A stretch of DNA of 50,097 nucleotides from a virus. The notes beneath the pieces were generated by a model. That model saw only the letters and a list, made by a program, of their open reading frames with translations. It was not told where the DNA came from and made no database searches. Positions 17,807-25,550 of the stretch are shown here, piece by piece. The position numbers and the translations under genes are program-made. Each line of letters starts with the position of its first letter. Position 1 is the stretch's first letter. Where the stretch lies: the IMG/VR virus record IMGVR_UViG_3300021448_000209; one strand, given 5' to 3'.

Positions 17807-19276
17807 ATGACCACGACAGTATTCGGAGACCTTCCCGGCGTTCGCGCCGAACTTCGATCCGGTGTCCTCACGAACTTCATTGTGGGCTATGCACAGACCC
17901 ACATCCTGATCGGCCGAATGGACCCCGCCGAAGGCAGCGCGTCGCCGAACGAGGTTGAACAGATCGAGAACACGGCTCAGGCGACCGATGCGTTCGGCGA
18001 GGGATCGGACCTCGCCGGGGCGATCGCCGGGGCGTTCGAGAACGGCTCGAACTACCAGTTTACCCACGGGATCGCACCCGAAGAGGTGACCGTCTCGCCG
18101 GCCGAAACGTTAGCCGGCGGGTCGGGACAGCTACAGCAGGGCCAAGAGATCGTCGAGGACGAATCGACGATCACGGCGACGAACACGGTCACGGGCAACG
18201 ACTGGGACGTTAATTTCGTCTACGAGAGCCCCCCTCCCGAACCCCAACTCAGCGAGACGCTTTCGGTCAACGCACAGAGTCGAGAGGTCGAGTCGGGGAC
18301 GGAAGACGACTTTAACATCGAGTACGCCTATCTCGACTGGGAACGGGCGGCTCAGCAGGTCGACAAGGCCTTCGCGCACCACTCGACGGGCGTCATTACC
18401 GCGGTTACTGAGTCCGAAGCGGTCGCTCAGATCGGGGATAACACCGTCGACCGGCTTCGCCCGACCTACAAACTCGTTCGGTGGGTGCAAGGAGCACAGC
18501 CGAACGCGACGGACAGCGACGGACGGCCTCGGTACAACGTATCCGAGTACTCGGACACGATCGATAACGACGCCGTGTTCATGGCCGCTCCGGTTCGGTT
18601 GGCGGGCTCGGACACGGACACCGCGATCGGTCATATCGGCGGGATGTTTGCCGGTCACGAGTTGCAAGATCCGGTGTACGGCGACCCGATCAATGGTATC
18701 GGGGGCCGGCTCACACAGCAGCTTACTCCGTCGGAAGAGGGGAAGGCGATCTCTGAGAACGACCTGGACGGTAGCGGGCTCCGGGGTGAGCAGGTGATCC
18801 CTGTTCGCGACGACAACGGCGACGGTGGGCGCGGGATCACGGTCGAGGATAACCTTTCGACCTACAAGAGCGCCGATCCGGTGTCGGACTGGACTCGGGA
18901 CTACCACCGTATTCGGATCGCCGATCAGGTGCTCCTCATTGCTCGTGAGATCGGCGAGACGCTTCGCGGGCGGCGGCTTCGCCGCGAAACCGTTATCGAG
19001 GACACCGAACAGCAGATCGTCGATGAGCTTGCCGGGCTACGCGAGGCCGGCCTGCTCGCGACGCGCCAGAGTCAGACCGGCGACTCGGTAAACAACAGCG
19101 CCGACGGTGGCGAGTCCGGTCGAGACGCCACGTACGACGCGACGATCACGCGGACGGACGTCGACGAGGTGTCGGTCACGGTCGAGTTCGTCCCGGTCGG
19201 TGTGGCGAAGCGGATCGAACAGTCCATCAGGGTCTCCCAACTCGGGGCCGCCGCATCGGCCCAGAACACGGCGTAA
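17807..19276 (+). CDS. Contractile tail sheath protein
   Basis: 489 aa. N-terminal DLPGVRAEL resembles the sheath PGVY motif. It is followed by tube, chaperone and tape measure in canonical myovirus order. Confidence 0.75.
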   Translation: MTTTVFGDLPGVRAELRSGVLTNFIVGYAQTHILIGRMDPAEGSASPNEVEQIENTAQATDAFGEGSDLAGAIAGAFENGSNYQFTHGIAPEEVTVSPAETLAGGSGQLQQGQEIVEDESTITATNTVTGNDWDVNFVYESPPPEPQLSETLSVNAQSREVESGTEDDFNIEYAYLDWERAAQQVDKAFAHHSTGVITAVTESEAVAQIGDNTVDRLRPTYKLVRWVQGAQPNATDSDGRPRYNVSEYSDTIDNDAVFMAAPVRLAGSDTDTAIGHIGGMFAGHELQDPVYGDPINGIGGRLTQQLTPSEEGKAISENDLDGSGLRGEQVIPVRDDNGDGGRGITVEDNLSTYKSADPVSDWTRDYHRIRIADQVLLIAREIGETLRGRRLRRETVIEDTEQQIVDELAGLREAGLLATRQSQTGDSVNNSADGGESGRDATYDATITRTDVDEVSVTVEFVPVGVAKRIEQSIRVSQLGAAASAQNTA

Positions 19277-19300
19277 CTCGACGGATCGCACTTCGACTAA

Positions 19301-19318
19301 CACACCTCACACACCTTA
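19301..19318 (+). repeat. Tandem 9-mers CACACCTCA CACACCTTA in the leader of the tube gene
   Basis: Read directly. Related to CACACCCTA x2 at 50025..50042. Confidence 0.85.
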
Positions 19319-19324
19319 CATCAC

Positions 19325-19708
19325 ATGGTTAACCGACGTGAACGCGGCAAGGACGGAGCATTGAGCGTAGGTGGTACACAGGTCCCGATCACGAACGCAT
19401 CGTTTTCGGCGTCCTATGAAATCTCCACGAACGACTGGAACGATAATTTCAACCCCTACAAGAGCATGATCAGCGGGGAAGCAAGCGGCTCGTTCGAGTG
19501 GGCGGGGTCGGTCCCACCTGCTCGGGACTCGCTTATCAACCCCGACGGGACGCCGCGGCTCGGCGTGGCCCTACAGATCAGACTCGACGAGGAGACGTTC
19601 CGGGCCACGCGGGTCTTGGTTGGCGAGTACGAGCGGAACCTTCCCTCTGACTCTAACACCGACGGCTCGGTAAACTGGGAAAGTGGATCGTTCCGGTTCG
19701 TTCGGTAA
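19325..19708 (+). CDS. Tail tube protein
   Basis: 127 aa, immediately after the sheath gene. Size and position are typical of myovirus tube proteins. Confidence 0.65.
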   Translation: MVNRRERGKDGALSVGGTQVPITNASFSASYEISTNDWNDNFNPYKSMISGEASGSFEWAGSVPPARDSLINPDGTPRLGVALQIRLDEETFRATRVLVGEYERNLPSDSNTDGSVNWESGSFRFVR

Positions 19709-19752
19709 GAGCATCGACCACTGACTGACTTTCAGACAACACATACACATAC

Positions 19753-20256
19753 ATGAACGACCAGGAAACGCCCGCGAACGGGATGGATCAGCGACAGACC
19801 CAAGGCTCCCAGAACGGCGGCGCGGAACTCGACACGGCGGGGGACACGAACGAGGTTATCGACCGGCTCCTTGAGGGTCGGAATCATGTTGCCGAAGAGT
19901 ACGAACTCGACACCCCGGAAGGGACGATCGTGCTCAAACTGGCACCGATCGAGGATCGCAAACAGCGTTATGACTACCTGAGTAAGCTCCCTGATGCTTG
20001 GTTCGACGCCGCAGAAGAGGGCGACGGCGAGGACGAAATCAAAGAGAAGATTTCGAACGCCGATGCTATCCCGAGCGGCGAGGGGTGGGAAGCGCTCGAA
20101 AACATGGTCCGCGAGAGCGAGACCTCGATCGCCGATATGAATCTGAATTGGGTGATCGATATGATGGAAGATGATGTACTTATGGAGGCGGGGGTGACGG
20201 TCCTCGATCTGTCGATGGACCTGGGTCAGATCGGCGGGTTTCGTCGACGACAATAA
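19753..20256 (+). CDS. Tail assembly chaperone (short form)
   Basis: 167 aa, acidic, lying between the tube and tape measure genes. Confidence 0.6.
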   Translation: MNDQETPANGMDQRQTQGSQNGGAELDTAGDTNEVIDRLLEGRNHVAEEYELDTPEGTIVLKLAPIEDRKQRYDYLSKLPDAWFDAAEEGDGEDEIKEKISNADAIPSGEGWEALENMVRESETSIADMNLNWVIDMMEDDVLMEAGVTVLDLSMDLGQIGGFRRRQ

Positions 20257-20443
20257 GGACCTCTCGCTGGCCTATCTTGAGGCGATCGAGATATTCGGGC
20301 TTCCCGATGTCGACGACGCAAGCGATCTGACCGAGTTCCAACTCAATTTCATCCACACGGCGCATTGGAAACGGGAGGAAATCAAACAGCCCGACGAAGA
20401 GGACGTCCCGTCGAACCCCGGCCGAACTCCCGGCGGTTTCTAA
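19753..20443 (+). CDS. Tail assembly chaperone, putative +1 frameshift-extended form, join(19753..20241,20243..20440)
   Basis: A start-less open frame 20198..20440 lies in the +1 frame and overlaps the end of the chaperone. A candidate slip site GGG-TTT-C is at 20236..20242. Predicted product 229 aa. Confidence 0.4.
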
Positions 20444-20458
20444 AACACGATTTTAATA

Positions 20459-23290
20459 ATGGCGAATGAACTACTCGACGCGGAGCTATCCGCCACTGAA
20501 AACGTAACAAGAAGGCTATCGGATATTACGGATAGCCTCGGTGACCTTGCCGAGAGCGCGTTGGCGGCTTCGGGGTCCTCGGAGAGTTTATCAGAATCAT
20601 TCGGCGACTCAGATAGGGCGGGCGAAGCGCTTGAGTCGACGATCAATGATGTTCGGAACTCGGTTGTAACCTCTGTCCCGGCGGTCGAGGGCTACGGCGA
20701 AGCGCTCGATAACATCCCGGGCGAGGCGATCGAAGCCGTAGCGTCGAGCGAGGCGGTTGGATCGTCCATCGACGAGGTAGGCGATCAGGCCCGACAAGCG
20801 ACTGGCGAGGTCGGGACGTACTCGGGGTCACTCCGAACGGTCCCCGAGCGCGTTACAACCACGCTCGGCGTCGAAGGTGAGGGGTTCGGGGCTATCGACC
20901 GGGTTCGATCACAGATTGCCTCGATACGCGACCGAACGGCCCGGGTCGGCCTCGACGTCGACACGGACGATGAGGGAGCCATAGAGCGGCTTACAGGCAA
21001 AGTAAACTCGATCACCGACCGAACGGTCACGGTTGACCTTGCGGTCAACAGAGACGGTATCGGCGCTCTCTCGCGCGTTCGAGCGCGCGTTGCCAGTCTG
21101 ACCGACCGCACGATTGACATCGGCGTCTCGGTAGATGATTTGAGGCCGCTTGCCCGCGTTCGAGAGCGGGTGTCGAGCATCGACGACCGGGAAATCGGTA
21201 TTTCTATCTCGACGGACAGCGGCGGTGTCTTAGAGCCGATACGCGAGCGTATCGACTCGATCACCGATCAGATCGGTATCGGTACTGATGTCGACGATGT
21301 TGATTTCTCTCCGATCCGCGAGAAAGTCCAGTCCATCACCGATCGGGTTCAAGTTGGGGTCAACGCGAACGTCGAACAGGCCCGGAGCAACATCGAATCG
21401 CTCCGGTCGGACCTCGGAGCCCTACCGGACGAGACGAGTACGGAGGTCGACATCGACGGTCTTGTCGACTCGACCGCATCACTTTCCGAACTACAGTCAA
21501 AACTTGAGGAGACGGGGGACGACGCCCTTGCATCACGGTTAGATGTTGGCGTTTTCAGCGAAGGGGTAGAAGAGGTCGTCGACGACGCTATCGAAGCGTC
21601 CTCGTCCCTCACTGTCCTACAAGGCCGGCTCGATGAGGTCGGCGACGAGGCACTATCGAGCGCGGCGAGCCTGGGTGTGTTCTCCTCCGCGGCGGGAGGG
21701 TCCGGTGCGGCGGGAGCAGGCAGCAGCTTATCGACGACTATCGGGGGGGTCTCCGGTAGTTTCTCGACGATGGCAACGATCGTCGCCGCGGTCACTCCGA
21801 TGCTCCTCACGGTCGGGGGGGCGCTCGGTGGTCTGACGGTCGCGGCCGGCGGCGCGGCGGCGGCCCTCGGTGGGCTGTTCGCTGGCGGCTTGCTCTCGAA
21901 AGCCGAGACGATGGCCGCCACGACATCCTCGATCGAGGATCGAGCGGAAGCGATCGAGGAGATATTCAGCAACGTTAAGGACGCTATCAGCAACGCTCTC
22001 GAACCGCTCAAGTCGGTCGAGTTCGAGGGATTCACCGAAGGCGTCCTACAAGGCTTCGTAAACGTGGTTGGGGATGCGGCCCAACTCGTCGCTTCGATCT
22101 CCGACCCACTCCTCGATATGGCCGACGCACTCGGGGAGGTGTTCTGGGCAACCGAGCCTGAGATATTTGCGGAGCTTGAGCAAACGATATTAACACTTCT
22201 CCCGGTCGTCGAGGACCTTGCCTCGGGTGCTATCCGTGCGATCCCGGGCATCCTCCGATGGATGCGAACAGAGGGCGCGGAACTGATCCCAACGATCGTT
22301 GCACTCGCGTCCTCGATGATCGGGGCGATCCCGGCCATACTTGAGATCGGGCGCGTCATGGCCGATGTACTCCTCCCGGCCGTCGGGTGGGTGATCGACG
22401 TTATGGCGCTACTCTCGCCGATCATCACGACGATCATCGGCGTGGTCGGCGGACTGATCTCAGCCTGGGAATCGTTCTACTCCGTCTTTGGCCCGATCGT
22501 CGACGTCGTGGGTGCGGTCGTCGGAGCGTTCTTGCTCTTTAGCGGCGTCGTGTTCGCTCTCGCGTCGGCGATAGGATTCCTTGCCAGTCTGAGTATTCTT
22601 TCGTTCTTAACGTCTCTCGGCGGTGCTATTGCAACTATCATCGGCCCGGCGGCCTCACTGGTAACAACGGTCGTCTCGCTCACAACGACGATCGCCTCGG
22701 TCGCCGCGAGCGTGGCGGGATTCGTCGCTACGATGAACCCGTTAACGCTCGCGATACTCGCTGTGATAGGGGTCGTGGTTGCACTATTGGGCTACTTCGG
22801 GTACCTCGACCCGTTGATCAACGCGATAAAGTCGGCTGTCTCTGGCCTGTTCGACGTACTGACCGATCCCCCGTCGATGCAAGAGGTGATGGCCGGGATC
22901 GTCTCGATGGCTAACAAGGTGATCGGGGCGATCAACGAGGCGATCAAGCTCGCGAACAAGATCCCGGGCGTCGACATCGGGACCGTTCAAAAGCTCTCGG
23001 TCGAGGACGCAACCGGCGGCGGTGACGGTTCGGGCGGCGGGGACGGTGAGAGCGGCGACGGTTCGAGCGGCCCGGAGGTGCCGGGTTCGGCAGGGTCGTC
23101 GCCGACCGATCGGTTCTCCGAACGCGGCGGTAGCAGCGGCGGAACATCGGAGAAATACGAGAAAACCGAGTACAACTTCGACTTTACGGGCGCTCAGGTA
23201 AGCGACCGTGAGACGCTACGCGGGGAGATCAAAACCGTGATCAGAGAAGAGGAGACCAAGAAGCGGAAACGGCAAGGAGGGTCCGGGTAA
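20459..23290 (+). CDS. Tape measure protein
   Basis: 943 aa. It has helical N-terminal repeats, a central/C-terminal Gly/Ala-rich hydrophobic segment (MATIVAAVTPMLLTVGGALGG...), and the canonical position. Confidence 0.85.
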   Translation: MANELLDAELSATENVTRRLSDITDSLGDLAESALAASGSSESLSESFGDSDRAGEALESTINDVRNSVVTSVPAVEGYGEALDNIPGEAIEAVASSEAVGSSIDEVGDQARQATGEVGTYSGSLRTVPERVTTTLGVEGEGFGAIDRVRSQIASIRDRTARVGLDVDTDDEGAIERLTGKVNSITDRTVTVDLAVNRDGIGALSRVRARVASLTDRTIDIGVSVDDLRPLARVRERVSSIDDREIGISISTDSGGVLEPIRERIDSITDQIGIGTDVDDVDFSPIREKVQSITDRVQVGVNANVEQARSNIESLRSDLGALPDETSTEVDIDGLVDSTASLSELQSKLEETGDDALASRLDVGVFSEGVEEVVDDAIEASSSLTVLQGRLDEVGDEALSSAASLGVFSSAAGGSGAAGAGSSLSTTIGGVSGSFSTMATIVAAVTPMLLTVGGALGGLTVAAGGAAAALGGLFAGGLLSKAETMAATTSSIEDRAEAIEEIFSNVKDAISNALEPLKSVEFEGFTEGVLQGFVNVVGDAAQLVASISDPLLDMADALGEVFWATEPEIFAELEQTILTLLPVVEDLASGAIRAIPGILRWMRTEGAELIPTIVALASSMIGAIPAILEIGRVMADVLLPAVGWVIDVMALLSPIITTIIGVVGGLISAWESFYSVFGPIVDVVGAVVGAFLLFSGVVFALASAIGFLASLSILSFLTSLGGAIATIIGPAASLVTTVVSLTTTIASVAASVAGFVATMNPLTLAILAVIGVVVALLGYFGYLDPLINAIKSAVSGLFDVLTDPPSMQEVMAGIVSMANKVIGAINEAIKLANKIPGVDIGTVQKLSVEDATGGGDGSGGGDGESGDGSSGPEVPGSAGSSPTDRFSERGGSSGGTSEKYEKTEYNFDFTGAQVSDRETLRGEIKTVIREEETKKRKRQGGSG
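20894..21374 (+). repeat. Six tandem ~27-29-aa repeats inside the tape measure protein
   Basis: Units share the pattern R-V/I-R-x-x-V/I-x-S-I/L-T-D-R-T-x-x-x-G/D-x-x-V-D. Examples: RVRSQIASIRDRTARVGLDVD, KVNSITDRTVTVDLAV, RVRARVASLTDRTIDIGVSVD, RVRERVSSIDDREIGISIS, IRERIDSITDQIGIGTDVD, IREKVQSITDRVQVGVNAN. Confidence 0.7.
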
Positions 23291-23712
23291 TGCCCCCCTC
23301 GGTCTTTGGCGAGCGCGTTCGAATGGAAATCCGGCCGAACGGCGACGAGAGCCGGGCTATGACGCTCGAATACCAGTATCCTCTTTCGGACGTCTCGACG
23401 TCCTCGCGAACGGCAAAGCACGACGTACTCGGCGAACAGACGGTCGTCGATCACCTCGGTTCAACCGGTGCGGAGATCAAATTCCGCGGCCATTGTTACA
23501 AGGACGAGGCCGTTTCGTTTATCGACCGGCTCAGTGAGATCGGTGTCGTACAGGTACTCTCCGATCGGTGGAGCGGGTGGGGCGTGGTTGATTCGGCGAA
23601 CACGAGCGCGTCGGGCGAACACGGCGGCAAGCGGCCCGACTTTCGGAACCCCGATAACCAGAACCTCGAATACCGGATCACGATCTTAGAGACCCAGAAC
23701 CCCAACCAATGA
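23290..23712 (+). CDS. Hypothetical baseplate-module protein (position of P2 gpX / PBSX XkdP)
   Basis: 140 aa. Its start overlaps the tape measure stop (TAATG). Confidence 0.45.
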   Translation: MPPSVFGERVRMEIRPNGDESRAMTLEYQYPLSDVSTSSRTAKHDVLGEQTVVDHLGSTGAEIKFRGHCYKDEAVSFIDRLSEIGVVQVLSDRWSGWGVVDSANTSASGEHGGKRPDFRNPDNQNLEYRITILETQNPNQ

Positions 23713-24185
23713 GCACCAACCTCGATTCCCCCGAGCCGATCACTGACGGTCAGATCGATACGACAGCAGCGTACCACCGGCTCAAAGCCGACATCGAGGC
23801 GGCCGAAGGGATAGATCCCGTACACCCCGATCTTGTCCCCGAGGTGACCGTCGAGGACCTGATCGTCGAATGGGGGATCATGCACTTCGGCGGCGCGAAC
23901 GTCACCCGGCAGGATTATTTCCCAGAGAGCAGGCGCGTCGCCGACGTGATGATACAAACGCCGCTCGTGACCTTCGCGATTGAGATAGAAAACGACTTTC
24001 CGAGCGTTACGACCGGCGTCGGGCAAGCACAGCGGTACGCGGCCCACAATCCAAAGCGGTTCGTCCCGGTCGTAATGGTCCCGAGCGGTCTTGCACAGCA
24101 ACCCGAGTTATCAATGGATCGACAACGATGTACTATCATCGAGTTCGATCTCCCGAGTGATGCTCGCGAACAATTCGTAGCGTAA
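23709..24185 (+). CDS. PD-(D/E)xK nuclease-like protein (tentative)
   Basis: 158 aa. RRVADVMIQ ... TFAIEIEND ... GQAQRY resembles the D / E-x-(K/E) / QxxxY arrangement of RecB/Cas4-type nucleases. ATGA overlap with the upstream gene. Confidence 0.35.
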   Translation: MSTNLDSPEPITDGQIDTTAAYHRLKADIEAAEGIDPVHPDLVPEVTVEDLIVEWGIMHFGGANVTRQDYFPESRRVADVMIQTPLVTFAIEIENDFPSVTTGVGQAQRYAAHNPKRFVPVVMVPSGLAQQPELSMDRQRCTIIEFDLPSDAREQFVA

Positions 24186-24203
24186 GGCGCAATTCACCTT
24201 TTC

Positions 24204-25550
24204 ATGCCACCGGTATACAGAGACATAAACGTGGATGTACGGCTTGAGCCGTACGGACGGAACATCCCCGTACAAGCGACCTCGATCGAGTGCGATCTGA
24301 CGCGGTTCGACGAGGCCGCTGTCGTAGAAATCGACGGTCTCACGCCGGATGGCTTACAATCTCCCGCACCGGTCGCCGGGACACAGGTCTCGGTCGCGGT
24401 CTCGACGTCCGGTCCTGATCCCGATTATACCGGTCCCGGTCCCGATCACAACGCCACTGATCGGCCGGGGACCCTTGACGGCGCGAACATGACGCTCGTT
24501 AAGGTCGCCCGCATCGACGACATCGGGAAGCGGGGGGACGGTTCGTTCAAGTTGACGGCGTACGATTTTCACCGTCACCTCAATAACAATAAAATCAGCA
24601 TACAGTTTTCGGGCGGCGGGGGGACCCCGGTCAATCTCGCCCTCGATCGGACATTCTCGAACGCCGGCTACCTTCCCCCACGGTACAACATCGATACCCC
24701 ATACACGGGGGAGGGTGTTCGCTCCGACCCCGGCAGCGGGACGGTAGCCGGCCCGGAGGACGGGACCGGTAGCGGCCCGACCGGGCCGGTCATTACCCAG
24801 GACTTTACGAACACGCCGGTCTCGTCGATCATCGACAAAATCTGTAAGAAACAAAACCTGATCTGGTATGTCGACCGCCAGAACAACGCACAGATAACAG
24901 ATACCCCCCCATCTGATGCGATCGATCTCACATGGATCAACGGCGGAACCGACGCCGGGGAGGACGAAGTAGCATATCAGCGGGTCGTCGTCTACGGTAG
25001 TTCCGGCCGACCGCCGGGCGGGGTCGGCGAGGGCGACGAACAGGCCCAACAGGGCGACGGCAGCGGCCCCGGATCGCCGGAGAGCCCGAACGCATCCGAG
25101 CCCCACTGGCTCGGCAAACGGGCGGTCGTGGGAGCAGCAGAGACAGAGGATTTCGAGGAAAACGACCCAGTGTACGTAACGAGAGATCCATCCGCTAAGA
25201 CGGTCACTCAAGCCCAGAACATAGCGCTCTCGATCCTCGACGAGTTCTTACGCGACAGTAAATCCGGCCCGATCAAGACGCCGGGTGTCCCGATGCTACA
25301 GCCGCTCGACGTCGTGGGTAAACCGGACGATCCGCAGAACCCCGACGCCGGCCGGACTGACTACCTGGTTAGCTCAGTCACGCACACGATCGATAGCAAC
25401 GGCTATGTAACCGAGATAGATACCGGCGGAATCCTCGATCAGCGCGTCACGAACGACGATGGATCGTCGCCGGGCGGGAGCGGCGGTGGGACCGGAAACC
25501 AACAGACCGGGAAACTGGTAAGCCGCGGCCCGGCCGGAGGAGCCTTCTGA
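24204..25550 (+). CDS. Baseplate hub protein (P2 gpD / XkdQ-like position)
   Basis: 448 aa, between the tape measure and spike genes. It contains a G/P-rich insert. Confidence 0.55.
   Translation: MPPVYRDINVDVRLEPYGRNIPVQATSIECDLTRFDEAAVVEIDGLTPDGLQSPAPVAGTQVSVAVSTSGPDPDYTGPGPDHNATDRPGTLDGANMTLVKVARIDDIGKRGDGSFKLTAYDFHRHLNNNKISIQFSGGGGTPVNLALDRTFSNAGYLPPRYNIDTPYTGEGVRSDPGSGTVAGPEDGTGSGPTGPVITQDFTNTPVSSIIDKICKKQNLIWYVDRQNNAQITDTPPSDAIDLTWINGGTDAGEDEVAYQRVVVYGSSGRPPGGVGEGDEQAQQGDGSGPGSPESPNASEPHWLGKRAVVGAAETEDFEENDPVYVTRDPSAKTVTQAQNIALSILDEFLRDSKSGPIKTPGVPMLQPLDVVGKPDDPQNPDAGRTDYLVSSVTHTIDSNGYVTEIDTGGILDQRVTNDDGSSPGGSGGGTGNQQTGKLVSRGPAGGAF

Noticed and set aside
20238-20330. A conventional -1 frameshift for the tail chaperone
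   Set aside because: The -1 frame closes at TGA 20328..20330 after about 30 codons of basic Ser/Thr/Arg-rich sequence, and no X-XXY-YYZ heptamer is in register. The long acidic open frame is in the +1 frame.
21349-22437. A 362-aa minus-strand ORF inside the tape measure gene, and similar antisense ORFs in terL (865..1518), portal (9402..10025), sheath (18131..18907) and the Ser/Ala/Thr-rich gene
   Set aside because: They show shadow-frame, low-complexity Ser/Arg/Pro-rich translations. Each lies fully inside a plus-strand gene with clear family motifs.
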